A DNA stretch of 64,000 bases, taken from positions 12,923 through 76,922 of IMG/VR virus record IMGVR_UViG_3300031787_000068; one strand, written 5' to 3'. The stretch comes from a virus. A model generated the notes under the pieces. The model was not told where the DNA came from, made no database searches, and saw only the letters and a list, made by a program, of their open reading frames with translations. Positions 9,152 through 18,907 of the stretch are shown here, in pieces. Every line of letters begins with the position of its first letter. Position 1 is the first letter of the stretch. The position numbers and the translations under genes were made by a program.

Positions 9152-10663
9152 GTGAGGGAAATTAAGATAAATCAGATATCATTAAATGATATAAAACTGG
9201 ATCAGCAGTTTCTTATAGTAGATGGAAACGATCCGTCGAATCCAAATTATAATGCAGGAGAAAGAACGGGGGTTGAAAAACCATTTATAAGCATAAACGG
9301 ATATCCCTTTAGTGAATATTTAACTTCTTTCAATTTAGATTTAACGGGGTTTATCCCCGTTTTATCCTTTTCTTTTTATTCTGGTAATTCCACTTTTATA
9401 TCGGTAAATTACCCTAAAGACGGAGATGTTGTTTCTCTTTATATTTCTTCCCCGGAAGGATACTATAATCCAATAAGGATGGATTTTAATATACTCTCAG
9501 TAAAAAGCAATGTTTCTAGTAAATATTCTCAATCGGGGAGTGCCCCCGATCCCGAAGGATCTCAATTTAGATTTTATGTAACCTCAGAAGCTAAAATACC
9601 CTCTTTGTATACTCCGGTAATAAAATCTTTCAGAAATAAAAATTCTTATGAGACTTTATTGGAAATTTCTCAGGATTTAGACCTTGGATTTTCGACCAAT
9701 GAAACTTCAACAGAAGATACAATGACGTGGATTTGCCCTAATTATTCCTATTATGATTTTATACAGGAGGTCTGTCTAAGAGCTTATAAAGATGACGATT
9801 CGAGTTTTTTTGATTGTTGGATAGATCCTTATTACAATTTAAATTTCGTTAATCTCGGGTCCCAGTTTGGGTATAGCGGAATCGTAAAAGAAGAAATAGT
9901 TTATGCAGTAGGTTATTATTCTAATTCAAACTATAAACCAAACGTAAAAATAAACGGAAGCGCAAAACCAGAAATAAAAAGAGCTTACTTAATATTAAGA
10001 AATAAATTAGACCCGGGGGTTTATCCTTTTGGTATAAATGGGTATACATTAGTTTCTAATTCCGGGACAAATGTAAATAAAACCGGATATGTGGTTAATA
10101 TAGGATTTTACGATGAAAACCTGGAAGAAGAAAAGCCAGAAAATAAATACATAAACTATGACATTGAATCTTTAACTAGCAAGGAACTTATTAAGGGTCA
10201 AATACTTCAAAAAGGGAGAAATGATGATGAGTATAAAAGAGAAAAAAGGAGAGAATGGCTGGGGATTCTTAATCGAAAGGACGAAAGCGGAGGGGTTCAT
10301 ATCAACTATTTACATTCTAAATACCAAAATCTAATAAATTACAACGACTGTACTAAATTTTCCCTTAAAGTAGAATTGGATGGGTACTTTGCTGGATTTT
10401 ATAGGGGACAAGTAGTTCCTGTTCATATAGAGGTTGGAAAATCTAATTTAAGGTCTCAAAACGTAGGAAATACCCCAGGGAATGAAAAAAACACTACCCA
10501 GGAATTTAAAACTGATATTTTCCTTTCCGGGAACTATGTTGTGATGGGAATTGAAATTTCATGGTCTTCTGGATTTAGACAGATACTCCATCTATGTAAA
10601 AGAGATTGGGTAGTTAATAGAGCAGGAGGTCTTCCGAAATCTTTCCCTTTTGTTTTAGAATAA
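9152..10663 (+). CDS. Putative baseplate hub protein (gp27/late control D-like)
   Basis: Probable GTG start at 9152, just after the gp53 stop (ORF track starts at 9002); ends LSGNYVVMGIEISWSSGFRQILHLCKRDW as hub proteins do; lies between gp53 and gp5. Confidence 0.6.
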   Translation: MREIKINQISLNDIKLDQQFLIVDGNDPSNPNYNAGERTGVEKPFISINGYPFSEYLTSFNLDLTGFIPVLSFSFYSGNSTFISVNYPKDGDVVSLYISSPEGYYNPIRMDFNILSVKSNVSSKYSQSGSAPDPEGSQFRFYVTSEAKIPSLYTPVIKSFRNKNSYETLLEISQDLDLGFSTNETSTEDTMTWICPNYSYYDFIQEVCLRAYKDDDSSFFDCWIDPYYNLNFVNLGSQFGYSGIVKEEIVYAVGYYSNSNYKPNVKINGSAKPEIKRAYLILRNKLDPGVYPFGINGYTLVSNSGTNVNKTGYVVNIGFYDENLEEEKPENKYINYDIESLTSKELIKGQILQKGRNDDEYKREKRREWLGILNRKDESGGVHINYLHSKYQNLINYNDCTKFSLKVELDGYFAGFYRGQVVPVHIEVGKSNLRSQNVGNTPGNEKNTTQEFKTDIFLSGNYVVMGIEISWSSGFRQILHLCKRDWVVNRAGGLPKSFPFVLE

Positions 10664-10674
10664 ATATCATTTCG

Positions 10675-10682
10675 GATAAATA
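10675..10682 (+). promoter_or_regulatory. Putative late promoter variant GATAAATA
   Basis: Upstream of ATG 10695. Confidence 0.45.
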
Positions 10683-10694
10683 GAATAAAAAGAT

Positions 10695-13193
10695 ATGAGT
10701 TTCGGATTTTCAGGAGCTACGGATAGAAATAGGTATAGGTTTCTAAGCGGCTTTAAACTTAATGATCAAGGGAAAAACGAGGATCCAACATATCTTGGGT
10801 TTTCGGTAGATTTTGATTTTGGGGTTTTGGATATAGATTTAGAATATGGAACCCCAATAAGTCCTCTTTTTAGGGATTCGAATTATGAAAACCCCACCGG
10901 AAGAAACCTATTCGGACAGCTACAATATATTGGAAGAAGCGATCCTAGTGTTCTTTTTTATTGTGCCCAAGGCTATTTAAACGAGAGAGAAAAAAGAGTA
11001 GGTCAGGGATTCCCGGAGGGAGGAGGAAAAAGATCCCAGATGCTTAAACAATTTAAAATCCTTTTAAGGGACATAACTAGAAATCAGCCTTGGTTTTTTC
11101 AATCTATAGATGGACTAGATTCTTTATATAAAGTTGCTAGACCAGGATTTCAAACGGAAACACTGGAAAGCGACTTTAATCCATCCAGAGCTGCAACCAT
11201 AACCATCAATACATTAGAATCCCTAAATCTTAGAATTACTGCTTTAGCAGATCTCTATAATCATGCCACCTTCGATTTCATAAATATGAGGGAAACTATT
11301 CCTCGAAATCTTAGAAGATTTCGAATGTATATTTATGTTACCGATTTGAGAAATTTCTTTAAGACCAATAGGCTTATTAATTCGTCTACTACTCTTTCCA
11401 CTATAAATAATTTTTCAAATCTTTTAGGATCAGGTATAAATCCCGGGAATAGCTTATCCGGGGGAACCCTAGATAGTACAGGGGATTTTCCGGACGATAC
11501 AGGAGCACAGGGAGGAGTTGTCGGAAATGTTCTTGGCGATATAGCAAGATCCGAAGGAGTTACCAATCAACAAGACCAATCTGGAATAAAACCGGTAATA
11601 CTTTTGGAATGCAGTAATTGCGAATTTGATTTTACTGATACCTCTCCAATAGGTAATAGTATAAATGCAGGAACCGATTCCGGAGATCAACTAGGACAGA
11701 GTTTTAAAATCCACGTAGGTAGAGTTAGAATAAGAAGTCAATACCCTAATATAAGGCTCGACAAAAATCCTCTAATAATTTCTGACGATGTATTCACAAA
11801 TAAAAGCTCACTTCAAAAATATGAAGGAGATCCTTCCGGAAGAACTCTATTTGGGGTAGACTTAGGAGGATCGGATTTAGCAGAACAGGGAGCAAGTGTT
11901 CTTAATAATTTTATAGGAAATACTGTAAATGATCTTTATGATAGAGGAGTTCAGCTAGTATCAGATGCTCTTAGTGGGGCTGATCAATTGTTATTAGGAA
12001 ATATATATTCTTTTAATCCTTCTCAGATAACAGGATTTTTATCTGGAAATACCTCCAATCTAAGTCTTAATACTATTAGAGATTTTGCTAATCAAAGTTC
12101 TCAAGTTGATTTAGTTTCTTCTTTTGAAAACGGATTACCAAACCCTCAAACTACGGGACAAGGAGGCCCTCCTCAAAATACATATCCTCCTGGTATTTTA
12201 ACGAATTTAGATCTCTATAGTAAAGTTCCGGGCCAGGATTTAGGGGTTACCCCTCCCGGATCCCCTACAATAGGAAGGGTTTACCCTCAATTAAAGCCAG
12301 AAGACGTTTATAACGGAGTTCCTGGCGGAGATTTAGGTGTTCCCCAAAGAGTTTACAAAGATCCTGAGGGAGATGTATATGGAAATGTTCCGGGAAGTGA
12401 TCTCGGTCCTCCCCAGAGACTTTATCTTTCACCGGACGAAGGGGATAGATATCCTGAAGTTCCTGGAAAAGATTTAGGAGTTCCCCAAAGAGTTTATCCC
12501 TCCCCCGGGGGAAATTTAGATTCTTATCCTGACGTTCCGGGAAAAGATCTTGGTGTTCCCGAAAGAATATACCCAACCGTGACGGAAGATTTTTATCCTG
12601 ATGTTCCGGGAAGAGATCTAGGAGTTCCTAACAGACTATACCCAGAAGTAAAAGACGATGTTTACCCAGAAGTTCCAGGAAGAGATCTAGGAGTTCCTAA
12701 TAGGCTATACCCAGAAGTAAAAGACGATGTTTACAAAGAGGTTCCGGGAAGAGATCTAGGGGTTCCGGAAAGATCATACCCTATCGTTAAAGACGATGTT
12801 TATAAAGAAGTTCCCGGAAAAGACCTAGGAGTTCCAGGAAGAAGATATGATGGAGTTAATCAAAACGTTTATCAAAATTCTCCTAATGTATCCAATCAAT
12901 TAAATCCTCAGCCTAGAATATATGAAGATGAGCCAGCAAAAAATCCAGGAATCCTAGGAGATGTTTATTTGAATCAGATCGAAAACCCTAGTGAATTTAA
13001 AACCAAACCTTCCCCGGTTTATCCTAGAGAAGAAACTAAATACTTTAGAGGAAATCTAGGAGATCTATATCCTCCAACAAGAGAAGATTTTAATCCGGAC
13101 GAACCTGGGGATTTAGGAAACTTAAAACCTAAAGATTCGTATAATATAAGTCTCGGAGGTAAAAATCCGGATCCTACTAAATTTAATTCTTAA
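10695..13193 (+). CDS. Putative baseplate/tail structural protein with C-terminal 23-aa repeats
   Basis: 832 aa between hub and gp5; nine Y-x-x-VPGxDLG units. Confidence 0.6.
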   Translation: MSFGFSGATDRNRYRFLSGFKLNDQGKNEDPTYLGFSVDFDFGVLDIDLEYGTPISPLFRDSNYENPTGRNLFGQLQYIGRSDPSVLFYCAQGYLNEREKRVGQGFPEGGGKRSQMLKQFKILLRDITRNQPWFFQSIDGLDSLYKVARPGFQTETLESDFNPSRAATITINTLESLNLRITALADLYNHATFDFINMRETIPRNLRRFRMYIYVTDLRNFFKTNRLINSSTTLSTINNFSNLLGSGINPGNSLSGGTLDSTGDFPDDTGAQGGVVGNVLGDIARSEGVTNQQDQSGIKPVILLECSNCEFDFTDTSPIGNSINAGTDSGDQLGQSFKIHVGRVRIRSQYPNIRLDKNPLIISDDVFTNKSSLQKYEGDPSGRTLFGVDLGGSDLAEQGASVLNNFIGNTVNDLYDRGVQLVSDALSGADQLLLGNIYSFNPSQITGFLSGNTSNLSLNTIRDFANQSSQVDLVSSFENGLPNPQTTGQGGPPQNTYPPGILTNLDLYSKVPGQDLGVTPPGSPTIGRVYPQLKPEDVYNGVPGGDLGVPQRVYKDPEGDVYGNVPGSDLGPPQRLYLSPDEGDRYPEVPGKDLGVPQRVYPSPGGNLDSYPDVPGKDLGVPERIYPTVTEDFYPDVPGRDLGVPNRLYPEVKDDVYPEVPGRDLGVPNRLYPEVKDDVYKEVPGRDLGVPERSYPIVKDDVYKEVPGKDLGVPGRRYDGVNQNVYQNSPNVSNQLNPQPRIYEDEPAKNPGILGDVYLNQIENPSEFKTKPSPVYPREETKYFRGNLGDLYPPTREDFNPDEPGDLGNLKPKDSYNISLGGKNPDPTKFNS
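12216..12850 (+). repeat. Coding tandem repeat, about 69-bp unit (YPEVPGRDLGVPNRLYPEVKDDV)
   Basis: Near-identical 69-bp copies at 12594-12662, 12663-12731 and 12732-12800, with more diverged copies upstream. Confidence 0.9.
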
Positions 13194-13861
13194 TGCCGTC
13201 TAATAAATCTTATCTAGGAGTAATAGTTGATATAGCAGACCCTTTAAAACAGGGTAGAGCTAGGGTTAGAGTTTTTGGTATATTTGACGATATACCAGTT
13301 GAAGATCTACCTTGGGCAGAGCCAGGAACTGCATGTGAATATTTCGGTGGAGGTGGAGGTGGAGGAGCTGTAAGTGTTCCTAGAGTAGGTGCTGTAGTAT
13401 ATTGTTCTTTTGAAGGTGAAAATTATTATAAATTGTATTTCGATACAATAAAGGAATTTTGTCCTGAACTTGTAGATGAAATGAATGAAGAAAATTCTTA
13501 TGAGGGATTTCATTCCATAATATATGATACAGAAGCTCAGCCTGGACCTTTAAAATTATTTTATAGCCGAAAAAAAGGTCTAGTTTTTGAGTTGGGGGAA
13601 GCTAAAGTTCAATTGGATACCCAAAACGGAGGAAAATTGAGAGTTGTCCTAAAGATGGGAGAAGACGAAATAAGAATGGAAAACAATAAAGTTATCGTAA
13701 ATTCCTTAAATATAGAATTGGGGGAGGGAGCAGTTCAATCTGTAATACTTGGTGATCTATTTAAAACTATATACGATACCCATACCCATGCGGGAGCAGG
13801 ATCTCCTCCTGTCGTTCCTCTCCCCACTTCAGTATTAAGTAAAACCTCTAAAACTAAGTAA
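13193..13861 (+). CDS. Baseplate central spike, gp5/gpV-like (OB fold, HxH tip)
   Basis: YLGVIVDIADPLKQGRARVRVFG...LPWA...SVPRVGAVVYCSFEG; C-terminal DTHTH. Confidence 0.85.
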   Translation: MPSNKSYLGVIVDIADPLKQGRARVRVFGIFDDIPVEDLPWAEPGTACEYFGGGGGGGAVSVPRVGAVVYCSFEGENYYKLYFDTIKEFCPELVDEMNEENSYEGFHSIIYDTEAQPGPLKLFYSRKKGLVFELGEAKVQLDTQNGGKLRVVLKMGEDEIRMENNKVIVNSLNIELGEGAVQSVILGDLFKTIYDTHTHAGAGSPPVVPLPTSVLSKTSKTK

Positions 13862-13864
13862 CCT

Positions 13865-14506
13865 ATGTCTTTAAAAGCTCAAACTGAAATATTAAGCAAA
13901 TTGGGAAATCTCGGAGAATCTATTCCAGGATTAAGTCCTGGACCTATAATTGATAAGCTAGCCAAGGAAAGTGAAGAGATTAAAACCATTACAGATTCTA
14001 TAGATACCGAAGTAGAAGAAGAGATTGAAAGAGCAAAAAGATCGGAAGATAAAACAAAATCGGAAGAGGAAAGAAAAGCGGAAAGGGATCAAAAAATAAA
14101 AGAATCCAGAAAAAAAGCAGATGCCCAAAAAAAGAAAATAATAGATTCGTTTAAAAAAAATATAAAAGGCATAGTCGAAGAAAAAATAACTGTAATAAAA
14201 CAAAATTATAAAGTATTTAAAGATTCTATAGATTCTATACCCCCTGATGTTACAGCTCTAATAAGTAACATCGCTCTTCCCCCTGCAATAACAGCTCCTC
14301 CTGGTGCTCCTAATCCCCTTTATGCTATAAATCTAGCAAAGCAAGGGAAAAATACTTTAGGTAGAACTTTAAATGCTGCCATAGTTGCTTTTACCGAAGT
14401 ACTAAAAGCTGCCAATGCAATAAAATTTGAGATCCCCCAATTTATATTGTCTCTTTTTGAGAAAATATCCATTGTAAATAATGTTATCTCTTCTATACCT
14501 ATATAA
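13865..14506 (+). CDS. Hypothetical helical protein
   Basis: 213 aa with a charged coiled-coil segment. Confidence 0.7.
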   Translation: MSLKAQTEILSKLGNLGESIPGLSPGPIIDKLAKESEEIKTITDSIDTEVEEEIERAKRSEDKTKSEEERKAERDQKIKESRKKADAQKKKIIDSFKKNIKGIVEEKITVIKQNYKVFKDSIDSIPPDVTALISNIALPPAITAPPGAPNPLYAINLAKQGKNTLGRTLNAAIVAFTEVLKAANAIKFEIPQFILSLFEKISIVNNVISSIPI

Positions 14507-14529
14507 TTCTCTTTATTGTTTTTTGTAGA

Positions 14530-14537
14530 GATATATA
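14530..14537 (+). promoter_or_regulatory. Putative late promoter GATATATA
   Basis: Immediately upstream of ATG 14545. Confidence 0.6.
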
Positions 14538-14544
14538 TAGATAA

Positions 14545-15948
14545 ATGAGCGAAAGAAATCACATAGATAAACTTAATGCACTTTCTTCTTCTGTTATAGG
14601 ATTCGAATTTGAATTTTATACTAATATGCTGAAGGGGGAAGCTGCTGAATCTATAGGGAAGGAGATAAAAAAGAAAGTTCAGGTATCTGAGAAATACCAT
14701 TCTGAATTAAAAGTCACTTCATCTCTTTTTAAATTGGAACCCGATTACTCGGGGGGTAATAAAATGGTAGAGCTTATAACTGGACCTATGGAATATTCGG
14801 AAGCTATTCCGGTTATGATAAAAATTCTAAACTGGATAGAAAAAAATGGGTGGACCGATGATAGGTGTGCATTTCAATTTTCTCTTAGTTTCGATAAATT
14901 TAGAAGAGAGATAAAAGATAGGATAGAAAATCTAGATAAGCTTAAATTTATATTAGGTCTTGATGAAAATTTTATTTATTCTAAATTCGGAAATAGATCG
15001 AATAATGTTTATGCAAATACGGTTAAAAGGGTAGTTCCCGTTAACAGATTTTCTATGCTTGAAAATATAACTAGCATAGACCCTAGACTATTTAAAGTTC
15101 CTGATGAAAAATATTACGGGGTAAACTTTACTAAGCTAAAAGATGGATATCTAGAATTTAGATATCTTGGAAATAGGGATTATCAGAAAAAAATTAAAGA
15201 GATAAGAGAGGTTGTAGATTATGTCATTTTGTATCTTTATGATATCCTAAGTCATAGGACTAACGGATACACAAAAGAAGATTTAGCAAAATTAAAAGAA
15301 ATGATGAAGGAATATAGCAAAGTCGTTAGATGCTATAGTAATCCGGAATTATTTTTTATGAATTTCCCTGACTTCCACATATTCGTAGATCTAAAAGGCC
15401 TTGATGAAAATATAAAAACTTATTTTCCGATGATAAAAGATAAAATATTTGAGCTTGTCGTCGATGGAAATGTTAGATCTTGCTATTTTAATTATGACAC
15501 GACAAACGGAAGATATCAGGTAAAAGAAGCAAGAATAAGGGATTTTATGAAAATTAAGGATATGGATTTAATATCCTGTGATATAAAAGGAGGAGCTTTA
15601 GAAAATTGTAATCTTTTTACTTGTGACATAAAAAAATCCAGAATAGAGAATTGCAATGTGGCAAACGGATGTAAAATAATATCATCTAAAGTTAACGATA
15701 GCGTGGTAGAATTTTCAAACGAGCTTAAAAATTGTTTTGTTGACTGCAAAGGAAAAAACATTAACGGTAAGATGGAAGGAGGGGTTTTTAGAGCTGGGAA
15801 TATAGGGGAATACGCTGAAATAAGTAAGGATACCGTGAAAGTTAAAGGATTCAACGAACTTAGAGATGAGAGATTCGTAACGGATACAAGACTAAAAGAT
15901 TTGAATTTCGATTACAAAAAACCAAAATTTGGAAATATAAACTACTAG
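14545..15948 (+). CDS. Putative amidoligase (COOH-NH2 ligase, Amidoligase_2-like) with C-terminal beta-helix-like repeats
   Basis: IGFEFEF, EPDYSGG..MVELITGP, TDDRCAFQFS, KYYGVNF, GYLEFRYLG; C-terminal x-x-C-x-I pentapeptide-type repeats. Confidence 0.7.
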   Translation: MSERNHIDKLNALSSSVIGFEFEFYTNMLKGEAAESIGKEIKKKVQVSEKYHSELKVTSSLFKLEPDYSGGNKMVELITGPMEYSEAIPVMIKILNWIEKNGWTDDRCAFQFSLSFDKFRREIKDRIENLDKLKFILGLDENFIYSKFGNRSNNVYANTVKRVVPVNRFSMLENITSIDPRLFKVPDEKYYGVNFTKLKDGYLEFRYLGNRDYQKKIKEIREVVDYVILYLYDILSHRTNGYTKEDLAKLKEMMKEYSKVVRCYSNPELFFMNFPDFHIFVDLKGLDENIKTYFPMIKDKIFELVVDGNVRSCYFNYDTTNGRYQVKEARIRDFMKIKDMDLISCDIKGGALENCNLFTCDIKKSRIENCNVANGCKIISSKVNDSVVEFSNELKNCFVDCKGKNINGKMEGGVFRAGNIGEYAEISKDTVKVKGFNELRDERFVTDTRLKDLNFDYKKPKFGNINY

Positions 15949-15951
15949 AAA

Positions 15952-16746
15952 ATGACATTAGACGAATTAATACAAGAAATAGAAGATGCTATATCTTTTA
16001 GTTGCTCTCTCCCTTATAATCTTAATAGACAGGAGACCGAAAGAATCATAAAAAGAGCTCGAGCTTGGTTTTATGACAATTACCAATATGCGGTAGAAGA
16101 AAGGATAATGGTTCTAGCAAATCAGCTATTCAATCATCCCGAATTTAGAAAAACCAGACAACTAAAGCTTCCTGATTCTATAGTAACTGTATTTGACGTT
16201 AGAGAAGTTGGGGGTGCTGGGATCTCTGGGAATCCCGACAGGGATTTTAGTGATTCTAAACTTTTAGGTTCTGAATTATTGCTTTCCCCTTTTATCGGAG
16301 ACAATCTTGTATATAGAACCGTCATGTACTCTTACTTCGACCTAGCAAAAGCTTATTTATTACCTACCTATGCTTTCAAATGGAATAAAAATAGTAAATT
16401 TTTAACTATATTAGGTAGAGATCCAGGGAGAAGCGGAAAAGGAGGAGGATCCCAGCAGGCTCAGCTAGCCCAGGGATTTGGGTCCGGAGGAACCGATGTG
16501 GCAGTAAGGTGCTTTGTTGCTATAAATGATGAATATCTTTACGATGATGAATTATTTGTTAGGTATTGTATCGGAAAATGTAAAGTAGCATTGGGAACTA
16601 TGCTAGGAGTATTTTCTTATACTCTTCCGGGAGGAGTCCAAGTCAATTCAGCGGATATAAAATCAAATGGAGAAGCGGAGATACAAGAAGTAATGGAAAT
16701 GATAAACGGAGAAAATACGGCTTCTTATTTCTTACAGTGGTCTTAA
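15952..16746 (+). CDS. Neck/head-tail adaptor protein, T4 gp13-like
   Basis: C-terminal LGTMLGVFSYTLPGGVQVNSADIKSNGEAE pattern typical of gp13 homologues. Confidence 0.7.
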   Translation: MTLDELIQEIEDAISFSCSLPYNLNRQETERIIKRARAWFYDNYQYAVEERIMVLANQLFNHPEFRKTRQLKLPDSIVTVFDVREVGGAGISGNPDRDFSDSKLLGSELLLSPFIGDNLVYRTVMYSYFDLAKAYLLPTYAFKWNKNSKFLTILGRDPGRSGKGGGSQQAQLAQGFGSGGTDVAVRCFVAINDEYLYDDELFVRYCIGKCKVALGTMLGVFSYTLPGGVQVNSADIKSNGEAEIQEVMEMINGENTASYFLQWS

Positions 16747-16782
16747 TCTAAAAAAAGAATATTTTTTAGATTTTTTTTCTAG

Positions 16783-16790
16783 GATATATA
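16783..16790 (+). promoter_or_regulatory. Putative late promoter GATATATA
   Basis: Follows an AT-rich hairpin (16745-16772) and precedes ATG 16805. Confidence 0.65.
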
Positions 16791-16804
16791 AAAAAATAAA
16801 ATGT

Positions 16805-17179
16805 ATGCTTAGAGAAATCTATAATAGAGATCCGGAAGATCCAAATTACAAAGAAAATCAATTAGAGGTAACCGATCCACTCGAAGCTTGTCTGGGGAAA
16901 ATTAAAATGCTTTTTTTCACTAGAAAGGGAGAGGTTTTAGGGGATCCTAGCTTTGGATTAGATCTTGAAGAATACATATATGATTTGAATTTAACGGAAG
17001 CAGCTATGAAAAAACAAATACAGAATAATATAGAAGCATATATACCAGAATTTGAATCCCTGGGAGGAACCTATGAACTTAAATTTTATTTGGGGACTAA
17101 TAGAGATATTGCTACTTTAGATTTTAGGTTTAATTCCAATTCCGGATTAAGTCCTCTTGTTACACTATTAATTAGTTAA
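16805..17179 (+). CDS. Baseplate wedge protein, gp25/GPW-like
   Basis: IKMLFFTRKGEVLGDPSFGLDLEEYIY...IEAYIPE. Confidence 0.85.
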   Translation: MLREIYNRDPEDPNYKENQLEVTDPLEACLGKIKMLFFTRKGEVLGDPSFGLDLEEYIYDLNLTEAAMKKQIQNNIEAYIPEFESLGGTYELKFYLGTNRDIATLDFRFNSNSGLSPLVTLLIS

Positions 17180-17181
17180 AA

Positions 17182-18906
17182 ATGAATATTTATAAAAAGA
17201 ATAACATATTAATATCCGGTCTATTATCTAGTACCTATTCTTTCATAACAAAGACTTATTCTCAAAGCAGAAATCTATTTACTGTTGCTTCTGCATGGGG
17301 ACAGATTACTTTCGTTTTTCAAAATATTTCTCAACTTATTCTTTATTTCATAGAGGATTCGATAACTGAATTAAATATAGAACAAGCTACCAGAGATTAT
17401 TCGATAAGGAGTCTTGCAAGAATATCGGGGTATGATCCTAAAAGAACAAATGCTTCTCAGGGAGAAGTCATTGTTACCTGGAATGCTTCCAATACTCAAG
17501 CAGGAGGAGGATCTATAATAATACCAAGAAATACCCAAATTAGAAATCAACAAAACGGACAAACCTACACTTTGATTCTTTCCTCCGATAGAATAACCAT
17601 TCCCCTCTCATCTCAATCCCAGCCTCAGGTTTTTAAAGTGGTTCAAGGAACATTCGATTCTACTACTTTTACTTCTACGGGTTCTCCCCTATTAAGTTTT
17701 AATATCCCGGTTATAAACGGGCAGTATATAGATCAATTTTACGTGGACGTGTATGTTAACGAGGAAAAATGGAGAAAATATGATTCTCTCTATGATATAC
17801 CTTTAAACGGAAAGGGATACATAATAAAAAGCGGAATAGCTAGCGGGGTGGACGTTTATTTTGGTAATTCTTTTTTCGGAAGAATCCCTCAAGGAGGATC
17901 TAGAATTAGGGTAGAATATCTTTCAAATATAGGAATAAAAGGAAATGTTTATTCTTCACAAAATAACCCTTTAACTTGGAAATTTTCTACAGAAGGAACT
18001 GATTTATACGGAGCATCTGCGGATTTAAATTTATACCTAAATATCACAAATTCTTTGGACCCGGATTTTGGAACAGATCCCGACCCGACATCATTAATTA
18101 GAGTAGTTGCTCCTAAAACTAGTAGATCTTTTGTATTTGCAAATGCAGAAAGCTACGAAATCTTTTTAAATAAATTGGGAATATTTTCTCAAATACAGGC
18201 TTATTCCACGTTCGAAGATGAAAATTTGGACGACGATAACGTTATTTACATTTATCTGGTTCCTGATATAACATTAAATATAGCTTCTAATCAGGACTAT
18301 TTTAGTGTTCCTATCCAAAACTTTATTCTTACTGGGGATCAAAAAAATAGAATATTAAATTTAATAGAGGATTCAGGATCTATGATAGCTACTACTGTGG
18401 TTCAAATAGTAGATCCGATTATTAAAAAATTCATTTTAAACATAACCATAAGTACTTTTCAGGGATTTGATCCCAATACCATTAAACAACAGATAAGAAA
18501 CAAGATATCAGATTACATGTTAAATCTAAAAAGAAGGGATAAGATACCTAGATCTGACATGATTGCAATAGTAGAATCCGTTTCTGGGGTAGACTCCGTT
18601 TTTGTTGAATTTATATCTCAGGAGGATCAAGAAGCTTTAATAGCACTTCAGAATACTGGGGGATCTGGACAGACCGTGAATTATCAATCAAGCTCCATAG
18701 ACACTTTTGGTGATATTATAATAGGAATGAATCAACTAGTTCTTCTTAGAGGGGGGTGGACAGATTTGGAAGGAAATAATTATACAATTAGCCCGGTAAC
18801 CGGAAGTCTAGGACCGATAAATATAACTATCCAAGGAGCTCCGGTTCCTGTTAATTTCAACAATCAATTGAATTCTACAACTAGACAATCTATAATAAAT
18901 AAATAA
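17182..18906 (+). CDS. Baseplate wedge protein, T4 gp6-like
   Basis: ATRDYSIRSLARISGYDPKR, VYFGNSFFGRIPQGGSRIRVEYL; follows gp25. Confidence 0.85.
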   Translation: MNIYKKNNILISGLLSSTYSFITKTYSQSRNLFTVASAWGQITFVFQNISQLILYFIEDSITELNIEQATRDYSIRSLARISGYDPKRTNASQGEVIVTWNASNTQAGGGSIIIPRNTQIRNQQNGQTYTLILSSDRITIPLSSQSQPQVFKVVQGTFDSTTFTSTGSPLLSFNIPVINGQYIDQFYVDVYVNEEKWRKYDSLYDIPLNGKGYIIKSGIASGVDVYFGNSFFGRIPQGGSRIRVEYLSNIGIKGNVYSSQNNPLTWKFSTEGTDLYGASADLNLYLNITNSLDPDFGTDPDPTSLIRVVAPKTSRSFVFANAESYEIFLNKLGIFSQIQAYSTFEDENLDDDNVIYIYLVPDITLNIASNQDYFSVPIQNFILTGDQKNRILNLIEDSGSMIATTVVQIVDPIIKKFILNITISTFQGFDPNTIKQQIRNKISDYMLNLKRRDKIPRSDMIAIVESVSGVDSVFVEFISQEDQEALIALQNTGGSGQTVNYQSSSIDTFGDIIIGMNQLVLLRGGWTDLEGNNYTISPVTGSLGPINITIQGAPVPVNFNNQLNSTTRQSIINK

Positions 18907-18907
18907 G

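Noticed and set aside
12216-12850. Regularly spaced DNA repeats as a possible CRISPR array
   Set aside because: Copies are contiguous, in frame and vary mostly at synonymous positions; there are no unique spacers and no cas genes
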